In this document: positions 32,223 through 41,390 of the stretch, piece after piece | Position numbering within the stretch: the stretch's first letter is position 1 | How the letters are laid out: every line of letters starts with the position of its first letter | NCBI GenBank assembly: GCA_963760795.1 | Contig: CAVXEP010000006.1 | Location: forward strand, 1 to 64,000 | Origin: an uncultured delta proteobacterium | GTDB taxonomy: Bacteria; Desulfobacterota; Binatia; UBA9968 | Direction: 5' to 3' | Length of the DNA: 64,000 bases | The notes under the pieces: model-generated | The model's input: only the letters and a program-made list of their open reading frames with translations | Database searches by the model: none | What the model was told of the DNA's origin: nothing | Position numbers and translations under genes: made by a program

Positions 32223-32928
32223 TATCACGGTCGATGGTCAGATAATTTGCGGCACACTGTTTATGCCGCCGCACGCGGTCGGCGCTGTGCTCTTCGCCCA
32301 TGGTTGGGGCGGCAGCCAGCAGCAATACCTGCGGCGCGCGTGCGCGGTCGCTGAGCTCGGCTATTTATGCTTGACCTTCGATTTCCGCGGCCATGGTCGC
32401 CGCAGCAATCAACGGGAGACCGTGTCGCGCGCCGACAACCTACGCGATCTTCTCGCGGCGTACGATCTGCTCGCAGCCCAGCCCGGCTTGAACCCGCCCG
32501 CCATCGGTATCGTCGGCAGCAGCTATGGCGCCTACCTCGGCGCGATTACGGCGGCGCTCCGTGCGGTCGATTGGCTGGCGCTGAGAGCCGCTGCGCTTTA
32601 TAAAGACGCCGATTGGGAAGTGCCGAAAGTTCAGCTTCACAAGGACCCGGACTTTGCCAATTACCGAAGACGCGTCCTGGCTCCAGAGAACAATCGCGCC
32701 CTCCGAGCCTGCGCGGCGTTTCACGGCGATGTCTTGATCGTCGAGTCCGAGCATGACGACACCATGCCGCATCAGGTCATCGAGAATTACATCGCCGCCT
32801 GTAAGTCCGCGCGCTCGGTAACGCGGCGGTTGATCAAGGAAGCGGACCACGGGCTGACCGAGCCGACATGGCAACGCGAATCGACCGCCTATCTTGTCGA
32901 TTGGCTAAAGCAGCGTACGGCTGGTTAG
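32197..32928 (+). CDS. Alpha/beta hydrolase (peptidase S9/dienelactone hydrolase-like)
   Basis: HGWGG, FDFRGHG, nucleophile elbow GSSYG, Asp in ESEHDD, His in ADHGL; overlaps the DUF3182 3' end. Confidence 0.9.
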   Translation: MTVRDKPIDITVDGQIICGTLFMPPHAVGAVLFAHGWGGSQQQYLRRACAVAELGYLCLTFDFRGHGRRSNQRETVSRADNLRDLLAAYDLLAAQPGLNPPAIGIVGSSYGAYLGAITAALRAVDWLALRAAALYKDADWEVPKVQLHKDPDFANYRRRVLAPENNRALRACAAFHGDVLIVESEHDDTMPHQVIENYIAACKSARSVTRRLIKEADHGLTEPTWQRESTAYLVDWLKQRTAG

Positions 32929-33008
32929 ACAGCCGTTCCAATGAAACTCGAGTGAAACTTCGGTTGGTTGATTTGGCAGTCACGCAACGCAGGTCGTTAC
33001 CGCTGCGG

Positions 33009-33220
33009 TCAATTGCGAGTGGCGACCCTCGATGCCGAAAAAATTTCCCACACCGCCATGAACATCGCTGCAATCAGCCGCCCGATGACAAAACCATTGA
33101 GGCCGAAGATTGCCATGCCGCCAAGGGTGGAAACCAGCACGACATAGTCCGGTAGTTTGGTGTCTTGACCGACACTAGGATCGGCGGCAGCGCCTGTTCA
33201 AACCGGGGTGATAAATTCAT
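33009..33220 (-). pseudogene. Chimeric remnant: MNLSPRFEQAL start joined to the C-terminus of an AI-2E family transporter
   Basis: RBS aaggag and ATG at 33220; after a frameshift the sequence reads GQDTKLPDYVVLVSTLGGMAIFGLNGFVIGRLIAAMFMAVWEIF. Confidence 0.7.
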
Positions 33221-33284
33221 GTCTTGCTCCTTTTATCGGTGCACAAGGTTGTCCCCCGGAGCGTCCCCAAGCTACTTCGCGGCT

Positions 33285-33641
33285 CTAGCGCGGCCCGCGG
33301 ATCTCCATCTCTAAACCGTTGGGGTCTTTGACGAAGATCGTCGTGAGCTTCCCCGCCGCATCGCGATTTTCGCGCAGGATCGCCGCGCCCTTTTCCTTAA
33401 ACTCCTGGCACACCTGGTCGATGTCGTCGGTGACGAAGCCATAGTGATGGACGCCGACCCCGGTGGCCGATTCCATGAGTTGAATCGCCGGCGAGCCGGC
33501 GATGCGCATGAAACAAAACGCATAACCGGCATCGCCTTTTCTTACCGCCGTCGGCTGCCCGCCGAAAAACTTCTCATAGAACTTGATCGTCGCGTTCAGG
33601 TCCTGGCAATAAATCGCCACATGCTCCAACTGATAGTTCAT
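33285..33641 (-). CDS. VOC/glyoxalase family protein
   Basis: LEHVAIYCQDL..FYEKFFG, VHHYGFVTDDI, FVKDPNGLEMEI; RBS ggagg. Confidence 0.9.
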   Translation of the reverse strand: MNYQLEHVAIYCQDLNATIKFYEKFFGGQPTAVRKGDAGYAFCFMRIAGSPAIQLMESATGVGVHHYGFVTDDIDQVCQEFKEKGAAILRENRDAAGKLTTIFVKDPNGLEMEIRGPR

Positions 33642-33883
33642 CGCGCCTCCTGTCGAGAAATTATCGCCCAACCTATTCGGGTCGCCGCTCGCCGTCAACC
33701 GGCGCCAGAGCTCTCTCAGTGTTTTCCGCTTGGCGTGTTTCCGGCCTTCCATATCAAGAACGTAAGCACTAGATAACTCTCGATTTGCGCAAATCCCGAG
33801 CGGAATTCCAGGAAGAGATTGTCGTGCGGAGTGTTTTGTGAAAATTTCGAACGTCCAAAATAACTATTTCGACAGAACTAACT

Positions 33884-34147
33884 TCAAAATCCGTCAGCAA
33901 AACCATTATAAAGCCAAGCGAAGATTGCCCCGGCAACGCCGCCGGCGATCAGCGAGTATAACGTCCCAACGAGCACGCTAAGCGGCCCCGTGGCGGCGTC
34001 ATAGCCCAAATACACGGAACTCAGCAGCGCGAGAAACGGGCCGCCGTAGGGAGGCTGGATTAAATTCATCAGAGCGACAAAGAGAAAACCGATCGCCTTG
34101 AGCAGGGCGACTGCGATAGCGCAGGACTTTACAGAAAGCCGCCTCAC
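33884..34147 (-). CDS. Small membrane protein (two hydrophobic segments)
   Basis: RBS aaggagg before GTG; 87 aa, hydrophobic, ending FAWLYN. Confidence 0.7.
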   Translation of the reverse strand: MRRLSVKSCAIAVALLKAIGFLFVALMNLIQPPYGGPFLALLSSVYLGYDAATGPLSVLVGTLYSLIAGGVAGAIFAWLYNGFADGF

Positions 34148-34329
34148 GTTTCCTCCTTGGTCGACACACTTACTGTCCGCGATTGGGGCTAGCTCACGTT
34201 GTCTCTATACCGACATGTCCGAGATGCAAGCTTCAAGACCTGAACTCCCGCCGGCTAATACGTCTTAATAGCGCAGCAATCATTGAGCACAAATTTGGGT
34301 CACTTTACTGGAATCGCCGGGGAGGTGGC

Positions 34330-34590
34330 AAGGTTCTAAAGTTCAAGGACGGATTCGGGCGAGATGAAGATGGGGACGGCGCCGTTCAAAGGTTCAACGT
34401 TTTCAAAACCTGAAACACGGCGTTGAAATAGTTCAAGCCGGACAACCGCTACGCTCCGTTGAAAAGGTTAACTGAAGCTCCGTTCAACGGTTCAATACCG
34501 TCCTGTCGCCGTTCCAATTGTGCCAATAGTTCACTCGCTGCGCTTCGTTCCAATCGTTACCCGATTGAGCCTCGTCAAAGGTTCAATAGC
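34330..34590. repeat. GTTCAA-periodic repeat cluster
   Basis: Many gttcaa/gttcca units; two degenerate copies of the reverse complement of 10648-10700. Confidence 0.7.
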
Positions 34591-34632
34591 AACGATTGCT
34601 GGCACTGGGCGATTCTATGGGTTGGCTGGCGC

Positions 34633-36819
34633 TTAGCCGCGGCCGGCCGACTTGATCCGCCGGCGGCAAGCATGGAGCACGGGCTCGGTATAGCCGTTGG
34701 CCGTTTCCCGTCCCTTGAAGACGAGATCCAAGGCAGCGTTAAACGCAATGCTTAGGTCAAATGCCGGCGCCATGTTGCGATAATTCGCATCGCCGCTATT
34801 TTGCCGGTCGACGATGGCGGCCATGCGCTTGAAAGTCTCGATGACCTGTTCCCGGCTGAGGACGTTGTGATGCAGCCAGTTGGCGATGTGCTGGCTCGAG
34901 ATGCGCAGTGTGGCGCGGTCTTCCATCAGCGCGGTGTCGTGAATATCCGGCACCTTCGAACAACCGATACCTTGATCCACCCAGCGCACCACATAGCCAA
35001 GTATCCCTTGGGCATTGTTATCCAGCTCGTTTTGAATTTCTGCCGCGCTGAGCCTTCGATCGAGCAGGGGCGGCGTCAGGATGGCGTCCAGGCTGGCGCG
35101 GCTGCGCTGTGCCAGTGCCGTTTGTTGCTTGAGCACGTCGACTTTGTGGTAGTGCAGCGCGTGCAACGTTGCCGCTGTCGGCGAGGGCACCCATGCCGTA
35201 TTCGCGCCGGCCTCCGGGTGGGCTTGCTTGGTATCCATCATCTTGCGCATCTCGTCCGGCATGGTCCACATGCCTTTGCCGATCTGCGCCTTGCCTGGGA
35301 GACCCGTGGCAATGCCGACATCGACATTCCAATCTTCATAAGCGCCGAGCCACGGTTGATTCTTAATGGACATTTTCGGCAACATCGGACCGAGCTCCAT
35401 GCTCGTATGGATTTCGTCGCCGGTGCGGTCGAGAAATCCGGTGTTGATAAATACCACCCGCTCGCGCGCCGCGCGGATCGCTTGGTGTAGATTGACGGTG
35501 AGACGCCGCTCTTCGTCCATGATGCCAAGCTTGAGCGTGTTCTTGGTCAGCCCGAGCGCCTGCTCGACTCTTTCGAACAACCCCACCGTGGCCGCTACCT
35601 CGTCGGCGCTATGCTGCTTGGGCTTGACGATGTAAACGCTGCCGGTTCGACTATTGATAACCTTTCCGGTGCGCGGCAAATCGTGCAGGGCGGCCAGCGC
35701 GGTCACCATGGCGTCGAGAAATCCCTCGGGAATTTCCGCGCCGTCCGCCGTGGTGACCGCATCCGTGTACATGTGCATGCCGACGTTGCGCACCAGCAAC
35801 AGGCTGCGTCCGGGCAGCGTTTCATCCTTGCCATCGGCCGCGGTGAAGCAAACGTCGGGGTTCAGGCTGCGCAGCAACTCCTTCCCGCCTTTATCAACGC
35901 GCGCGGTTAAAGTCCCTTTCATGATACCGGTCCAGTTACGATAGATGCGGACTTTGTCGGCCGCGTCCACCGCCGCCACCGAATCTTCGCAGTCCTGGAT
36001 CGTCGTAACCGCGGACTCGAGGACGACATCTTTCACTCCCGCTGCATGGCTCTTGCCGATGGGATGATTGCGGTCGATGCGGAGCTCGATGTGCAAACCG
36101 TTATTTTTGAAAAACAGATGGGATAACCGTCCCGCCGCTTCCCTGTAGCCGGCAAACTTGGCGACATCCGCCAACCCCACTTCGCGCCCGTCTTGCAACT
36201 TTGCCGTCAATTGTTTGGCGCCGCCGGCGTCCTGCAGCGCGAACTCGGCAACCTGAGAAAACTTTCCGCCGGCAAGGCCCACGGCTTCATCCAAGAAGGC
36301 TTCAGCGTAGGCGATGACTTTGGCGCCGCGCCGCGGGTTGTAGACTTCGCCTTTTTCAGCGCCATCGTCTTCCGGGATCACATCGGTGCCGTAGAGCGCG
36401 TCGTAGAGACTGCCCCAGCGCGCGTTGGCAGCGTTGAGCGCATAGCGCGGGTTGTCCAGCGGAACCACCAGCTGCGGACCGGAGATCGTCGCGATTTCGC
36501 GGTCGACATTGGCGCTGGCCGCTTGGAAAGCATCTCCTTCGGCAACCAGATAGCCGATCTCGGTGAGAAAGGTCTTATATCCACCCAGGTCGAACGGTTT
36601 AGAGCGCTGCGCTAGACACCATTGATCGATCTCCCTTTGCAGTGCATCGCGTCGATCCAACAGCGCGCGATTTGTCGGTGCCAAATCAGCGACGATCTTG
36701 CCAAAGGAAGCCCAGAATGAGTCGGCGTCGATGCCCGTGCCCGGTACGATCTCATCGCGCACCAGAAGATAAAGCTGCTCGTCGACGCGTAACCCGGAGG
36801 TCTCAATATAGTCTGCCAT
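34633..36819 (-). CDS. glcB: Malate synthase G
   Basis: [86 protein letters not shown]. Confidence 0.97.
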   Translation of the reverse strand: MADYIETSGLRVDEQLYLLVRDEIVPGTGIDADSFWASFGKIVADLAPTNRALLDRRDALQREIDQWCLAQRSKPFDLGGYKTFLTEIGYLVAEGDAFQAASANVDREIATISGPQLVVPLDNPRYALNAANARWGSLYDALYGTDVIPEDDGAEKGEVYNPRRGAKVIAYAEAFLDEAVGLAGGKFSQVAEFALQDAGGAKQLTAKLQDGREVGLADVAKFAGYREAAGRLSHLFFKNNGLHIELRIDRNHPIGKSHAAGVKDVVLESAVTTIQDCEDSVAAVDAADKVRIYRNWTGIMKGTLTARVDKGGKELLRSLNPDVCFTAADGKDETLPGRSLLLVRNVGMHMYTDAVTTADGAEIPEGFLDAMVTALAALHDLPRTGKVINSRTGSVYIVKPKQHSADEVAATVGLFERVEQALGLTKNTLKLGIMDEERRLTVNLHQAIRAARERVVFINTGFLDRTGDEIHTSMELGPMLPKMSIKNQPWLGAYEDWNVDVGIATGLPGKAQIGKGMWTMPDEMRKMMDTKQAHPEAGANTAWVPSPTAATLHALHYHKVDVLKQQTALAQRSRASLDAILTPPLLDRRLSAAEIQNELDNNAQGILGYVVRWVDQGIGCSKVPDIHDTALMEDRATLRISSQHIANWLHHNVLSREQVIETFKRMAAIVDRQNSGDANYRNMAPAFDLSIAFNAALDLVFKGRETANGYTEPVLHACRRRIKSAGRG

Positions 36820-36857
36820 TGGCCTATGCTTTCCTTCGCCAATCGTTGCCACCGCTG

Positions 36858-39311
36858 TCAAGCGCCGCGGCCCGCTGTGCGCCGGTTGACGATCGGCCGC
36901 TCCACCGGTTTGAACTGGCGCGCGATAAATTTTCTGATCGAGTCTTCATTGGCGAAGATCTTCTGGCCGCGCGCGCTGTCCACTTCCATGGCGATAATAT
37001 GCGGATCGTCGGTGCGCGACGCGCGAAACACGCCGTTTTGAATCATCCGCTGCACCGACAAGCGATTGTCATTGGTCGGCGTGACGTAATGCACCAATTC
37101 GGTTTTGTAGCGATGCAAGAGGAAAAAATGCATCAAGGTCATCAGCCGCCGGGAACGAAATTTCTTAACGGTATTCTGGTCCTTGACCGCGAGAAACTTG
37201 CGTCCGGCGCGATCCTTGTCGGCGCGAAAAATGATCTCGGCGATTTTGTCGTGCGCCTCGTCGAACAGGTTAAGCATCATGTCTTCGGAGCCGGCCCAGC
37301 GTTCTTTCAATTCGACGCTCAAGGCGCCGCCTTGATAAAGGCCCTGCCGGTGCCAGTGCTCGGCCCACATGGCCAGCCATTTCACCAGCACGCTGGTGGG
37401 AACCTCGACGGCTTTGCGGTGCTGGGTTTCCGTCGATTTTCCGCCCATGGAGGAGCTCGTGAGCGATGCGCCGCGCGCGGCGCGCCGGAAACGGTCGGCC
37501 CAGTCGCCGCCGACAAAGCTCTGCGGAAATTGCGCCGGATCATGGGCCAGGCGCAGGGCACGCTGAATCAATCGGACAAAGCCGAGCACGCCTTCTTCTT
37601 TCAAGGCTCGCGCCAGGCGGCCGTTCATCAACGCCTCGGTCTGGTGGCCGCCATAGGTGATGAAGTTGAAGACATAACCCATTTTGCCCAGCTCGCTGGC
37701 AAAATTGCGAATCTGATCGTCGGTAAATCCCCAGACATCCCAATTCCATGACGGTGATAAATTATAAGCCAACAAACTTGCCGGATAGGCCGCATGAATG
37801 GCATCGGCCCAGGCTTTGTCATCCGCCAGGTCGGGCCTGGCCGTCTCGCGCCAGATCAGATCGGCAAATGGGGCGGTGGCCAAGCCTCGAGCGGTGGCCA
37901 TGTCGCGGCCGCCGGCGATGACATAAAAGCCTTCCGGGGTTCTTGGCAGGTCCCAATCCCAGAAGAGATCGATACCCATTGACGCGGCGCGAGCGCGCGC
38001 CTCGCCATAGGAGACGCCGCCGGCAAATTTCTTCCAGCGCTCAACGGACATCGCCTGCTTGCCTGCGCCGCTCGCCAGCGCTTCCGCCACCGCTTCGGCG
38101 AAGGTCTTGAGCCGGGCTTTGTCCGCCCACTCCTGGCGGATATCGGCAATGACCTCGTCGACGGTTTCTTCGATGACCTTTTTCACCGCGAGTTCCAGCG
38201 CCGCCAGCTGCTCGCGAAAGTCGCGCTGGCCTTTGCCCGGGCGGCGCACCCGCTGGCGCAATTTTTTCAGCGCAGCGACCTCTTTCTCGATGCCCTCGAT
38301 ACCCTTGGCAATGCGCTCGACGAGATGCTCTCGCCTGAGCCATTTGTCCGCGTCGGCGTAAGCTTGCTCGGAAATCCTGTAGAGCAGATGACCGTTAATG
38401 TCCTTGAAGCCTTCTTGGTAAAACTTGCGAATCACCGCCAGGCTGACATTCTTGAAGGGGACGATATCCGGATTGGTCGCGCCGTAGACAAAGGGATGGT
38501 CGCGGTCATCGTCGACGCTGTCGATGGCCGTGGCGTCGTTGGAGTCGGTGCGGGCGACGATCACGCCCGGCACATGCATGATGTCGTATTGGAGCCGCGC
38601 GGCGTTGAGACGCGAAATCATCTCGGAGGTCGACACCAAAACTTTCTGCCCCTGATGACCGCAAACCTTGCTGCCGGCGCGCTGGTCTTCAATATGGATC
38701 GCGCCAATGTTGTTTTCGACGAAGGTCTTAACCAGGTTGCGCGTGTGGTGCTCGCCGCCATGGCCGGTGTCGCCATCGGGGATAATCAGCGGCGGGCTGA
38801 ACTCGATGGGGCGAGTCTTTTTGCGCTGCAGCGACGACATGCGGATGCGCCGGGAACGTTGCACTTCGTCCTGGTGCATGAGCGCGCGCACCCAGGCGCC
38901 ACCCTCTTTGGGCACCCGATCTAAAGCATAGTTGGCCAAGTCGGCGCCCGGGTCTTCGGATTCGGAGCCCTTGGCGGACGTCGCCCAGCCGCCGAGATAG
39001 AGCACTTTGATTCCTTCCATGACCGCGCGCACCGCTCCGGTGGGCGAATACGGGCCATAGGTAGTCTCTTGTTTCTTGTCCCGGAACAAGCGCTGCAAAT
39101 AATCGAAGAGCTTTAGCGCCGATTGTTTGGCAATCGTATGATCGGCCTGCAAATTGCCGCGCAATGACACAACCTCGGCCGCAGTGTGCAAACGGGTAAT
39201 ATGGCGGAAGCGCGAGTTGTGAAACCAGCCATCGGTTTCGCGCAGTTCCTTCGCCCATGCGATCGCCTCGACGTCCCGGCGCGAATCCAACCTAATGACT
39301 TTTTCAGCCAT
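36858..39311 (-). CDS. aceA: Isocitrate lyase, long ICL2 type with a C-terminal GNAT-like domain
   Basis: [83 protein letters not shown]; directly upstream of glcB. Confidence 0.93.
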   Translation of the reverse strand: MAEKVIRLDSRRDVEAIAWAKELRETDGWFHNSRFRHITRLHTAAEVVSLRGNLQADHTIAKQSALKLFDYLQRLFRDKKQETTYGPYSPTGAVRAVMEGIKVLYLGGWATSAKGSESEDPGADLANYALDRVPKEGGAWVRALMHQDEVQRSRRIRMSSLQRKKTRPIEFSPPLIIPDGDTGHGGEHHTRNLVKTFVENNIGAIHIEDQRAGSKVCGHQGQKVLVSTSEMISRLNAARLQYDIMHVPGVIVARTDSNDATAIDSVDDDRDHPFVYGATNPDIVPFKNVSLAVIRKFYQEGFKDINGHLLYRISEQAYADADKWLRREHLVERIAKGIEGIEKEVAALKKLRQRVRRPGKGQRDFREQLAALELAVKKVIEETVDEVIADIRQEWADKARLKTFAEAVAEALASGAGKQAMSVERWKKFAGGVSYGEARARAASMGIDLFWDWDLPRTPEGFYVIAGGRDMATARGLATAPFADLIWRETARPDLADDKAWADAIHAAYPASLLAYNLSPSWNWDVWGFTDDQIRNFASELGKMGYVFNFITYGGHQTEALMNGRLARALKEEGVLGFVRLIQRALRLAHDPAQFPQSFVGGDWADRFRRAARGASLTSSSMGGKSTETQHRKAVEVPTSVLVKWLAMWAEHWHRQGLYQGGALSVELKERWAGSEDMMLNLFDEAHDKIAEIIFRADKDRAGRKFLAVKDQNTVKKFRSRRLMTLMHFFLLHRYKTELVHYVTPTNDNRLSVQRMIQNGVFRASRTDDPHIIAMEVDSARGQKIFANEDSIRKFIARQFKPVERPIVNRRTAGRGA

Positions 39312-39517
39312 GGCGCATTCCTTTTTATGGTCGGTTTAAATCCACTATTTTCCCCAATGCAACGTTCCTGACGGCCGCTTACGCTAATAAAAAGTAATCC
39401 TCTAATCAAGCGATCGCGGTTTCTGCGCCGGGACACCAGCGCAATTCGTTACAAGAGCACTTGGCGGGCCGGCGCTTTCACTGCGAAATTTATAACCCGA
39501 CGGTAACCGGGGAATGA

Positions 39518-39756
39518 CTCACCACCAAGAACCCGAAGAGCACGAAGGAACAGACTTAACTTCCGAACCTTCGTGACCTTCGTGGTGAGCTGTCCTTTCC
39601 GAAATTTGCGTTCTTTGCGCCCTTTGCAGTGAATATCTGATTCCGAATCTTTCTTTCGTTTGCGGCTGCGCCGCGCTATGTCCTTCATGGTGAAAAACTA
39701 ATTCCCATTCGGTTGCGTGGCCGCCGCGCTAGGATATCTGTGCCTCTGCGGTGAAT
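39518..39756. repeat. Nonamer-periodic repeat mosaic
   Basis: ctcaccaccaagaacccgaagagcacgaagg ... ccttcgtgaccttcgtggtgag, then tttgcgttctttgcgccctttgc; inverse copy at 15882-15945. Confidence 0.8.
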
Positions 39757-39774
39757 CTTGCCGATTGAATCCCA

Positions 39775-40197
39775 TCACGGCTTGGGCCGATGACCGGTTT
39801 TCTTGAAGTGAAAGTAATCGCGCAGGATCGCCGCGTGATCGAATGCCATCGGTGTTGGCAAATTATTTTCCGAAAATATTCTCGCTACCCGCGCATCGTC
39901 GGCGCCCCTCGGTGTCCCCTGCGCCGTGGCGATAAACACCACCGCCAACGTGTGGTGGCGCGGATCGCGCCGGGGATCGGAGTAGGTGTGGAATTGCTCC
40001 GTCAAATTCACGTCTAAACAGGTTTCTTCCTTGGCTTCACGCACGGCGGCGCACTCCACACTCTCGCCGTAGTCGACGAATCCGCCCGGCATCGCCCAAC
40101 CCGGCGGCGGGTTTTTTCTCTCGATCAGCACGATGCCGCCGTCGATTTCAATAATAATGTCGACCGTCGGAAAGGGATTACGAAAAGTTTCACTCAT
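39775..40197 (-). CDS. NUDIX hydrolase
   Basis: [23 protein letters not shown] Nudix box, [14 protein letters not shown]. Confidence 0.94.
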   Translation of the reverse strand: MSETFRNPFPTVDIIIEIDGGIVLIERKNPPPGWAMPGGFVDYGESVECAAVREAKEETCLDVNLTEQFHTYSDPRRDPRHHTLAVVFIATAQGTPRGADDARVARIFSENNLPTPMAFDHAAILRDYFHFKKTGHRPKP

Positions 40198-40257
40198 GCC
40201 GCTTCCCTACCTTGACTCTATGAAATGCGCAAGGTAGAAAGACCACTCAACAATTAT

Positions 40258-40334
40258 CGCGGGGTGGAGCAGTCTGGCAGCTCGCAAGGCTCATAACCTT
40301 GAGGTCCCGGGTTCAAATCCCGGCCCCGCAACCA
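40258..40334 (+). tRNA. tRNA-fMet (CAU), initiator type
   Basis: 77 nt cloverleaf, C1xA72 mismatch, anticodon loop CTCATAA, GGTTCAAATCC T-arm, encoded CCA; upstream TTGACT-17-TAGAAA. Confidence 0.97.
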
Positions 40335-40529
40335 TACTCCCTAGAGGGAGAAGGGCGTTTTCTGAGGCTTGCGGTACTATTTTAGTTCGATCGTCGGTGG
40401 AATTCCGTTCCAAGCTGAAAGCCCCAAGATTCCGCAAGAGTCCGCTTGTATCATCGCCAGTGACGTTCCAACGTACTGAGCGACTGCAGGCGGACTTTCC
40501 TTTTTCCCTTAATCATATCGGTAATTTTT

Positions 40530-40733
40530 TTACTCGCCGATTTTCACCACCGACGTGTCGGCCTTGTGGTACGCGCCGGGGAGCTTGGTCCGCTCTAAGC
40601 GGTCGAGTGCCAAGCGCAAAGCGCGCCGACAAATCTCCGACCTAGTTAATTCGAGGCGCGCCTGAACAGTCTCTAGCCGTTCATGGTCTTGCGGTTCGGC
40701 ATTGAAATTTATGTTGACGTTTCGTGATTTCAT
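40530..40733 (-). CDS. Ribbon-helix-helix/CopG-like regulator
   Basis: 67 aa: beta strand VNINFN, helix HERLETVQARL, then TRSEICRRAL. Confidence 0.7.
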   Translation of the reverse strand: MKSRNVNINFNAEPQDHERLETVQARLELTRSEICRRALRLALDRLERTKLPGAYHKADTSVVKIGE

Positions 40734-40791
40734 TTTTGTGGCCCCCTGAAAATTTGCAGAGTTCTGCACCCTCTGCTAAGGTTAACAAACG

Positions 40792-41274
40792 GTGGATCTA
40801 GCGACGGAAAATCGATCTTTTCAGGTACTTACGACAGCGACGGCATGTCGTTACTGCGGACAGCTATTCGAGGAACACCGCACGGGGCCGGGCGTCGTGT
40901 TCCTACTCTGCGGGTGTAAGAACGTCGAACTTGGCGAGTTTTACAAATTGAAACTGGGCGAAGTTGATCGGCCGGAAGTATGGCACCCAGATGCTAACTT
41001 CCGATGTTCACCAACCTCGCCAGGAATCTTGACAGCGTTATTGGGTGGGGATATCTCGCCGCGAAATTTCTTCGATCTCACCAACACCGGAAGTGAATTT
41101 CATTTCTACAAATACCGCGATGGCCGGGCGACTGTCTATGAGGGGCACTGCGATAGCGTGACGTTTGGTTGGGCGCAGCATCAAGCAAGGACCCATGACC
41201 ACCATTTAACCAAGTCATCCAACGCAAACCTCATTCAAGCAACTTATTCCGCGAGCGGTTCCGCCGTCCTTTAA
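40792..41274 (+). CDS. Hypothetical protein with N-terminal CxxC...CxC
   Basis: 160-codon ORF; CRYC and LCGC; the stop overlaps the next ATG (TAATG). Start uncertain. Confidence 0.5.
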   Translation: MDLATENRSFQVLTTATACRYCGQLFEEHRTGPGVVFLLCGCKNVELGEFYKLKLGEVDRPEVWHPDANFRCSPTSPGILTALLGGDISPRNFFDLTNTGSEFHFYKYRDGRATVYEGHCDSVTFGWAQHQARTHDHHLTKSSNANLIQATYSASGSAVL

Positions 41275-41390
41275 TGGCCGACGCGTTTCACGCCAGATTC
41301 GACATCGATCTTTCTCTCGATGAAGCCCGGCGACGCTTCGTAAATCGCGTAGAAACCCGGTGCTTTCCCACAACGGAGCTGGTTCGTTGA
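41274..41390 (+). CDS. 38-aa ORF or truncated gene (MADAFHARFDIDLSLDEARRRFVNRVETRCFPTTELVR)
   Basis: Below the ORF-track cutoff; overlaps the upstream stop (TAATG) and the downstream start (TTGA). Confidence 0.45.
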   Translation: MADAFHARFDIDLSLDEARRRFVNRVETRCFPTTELVR

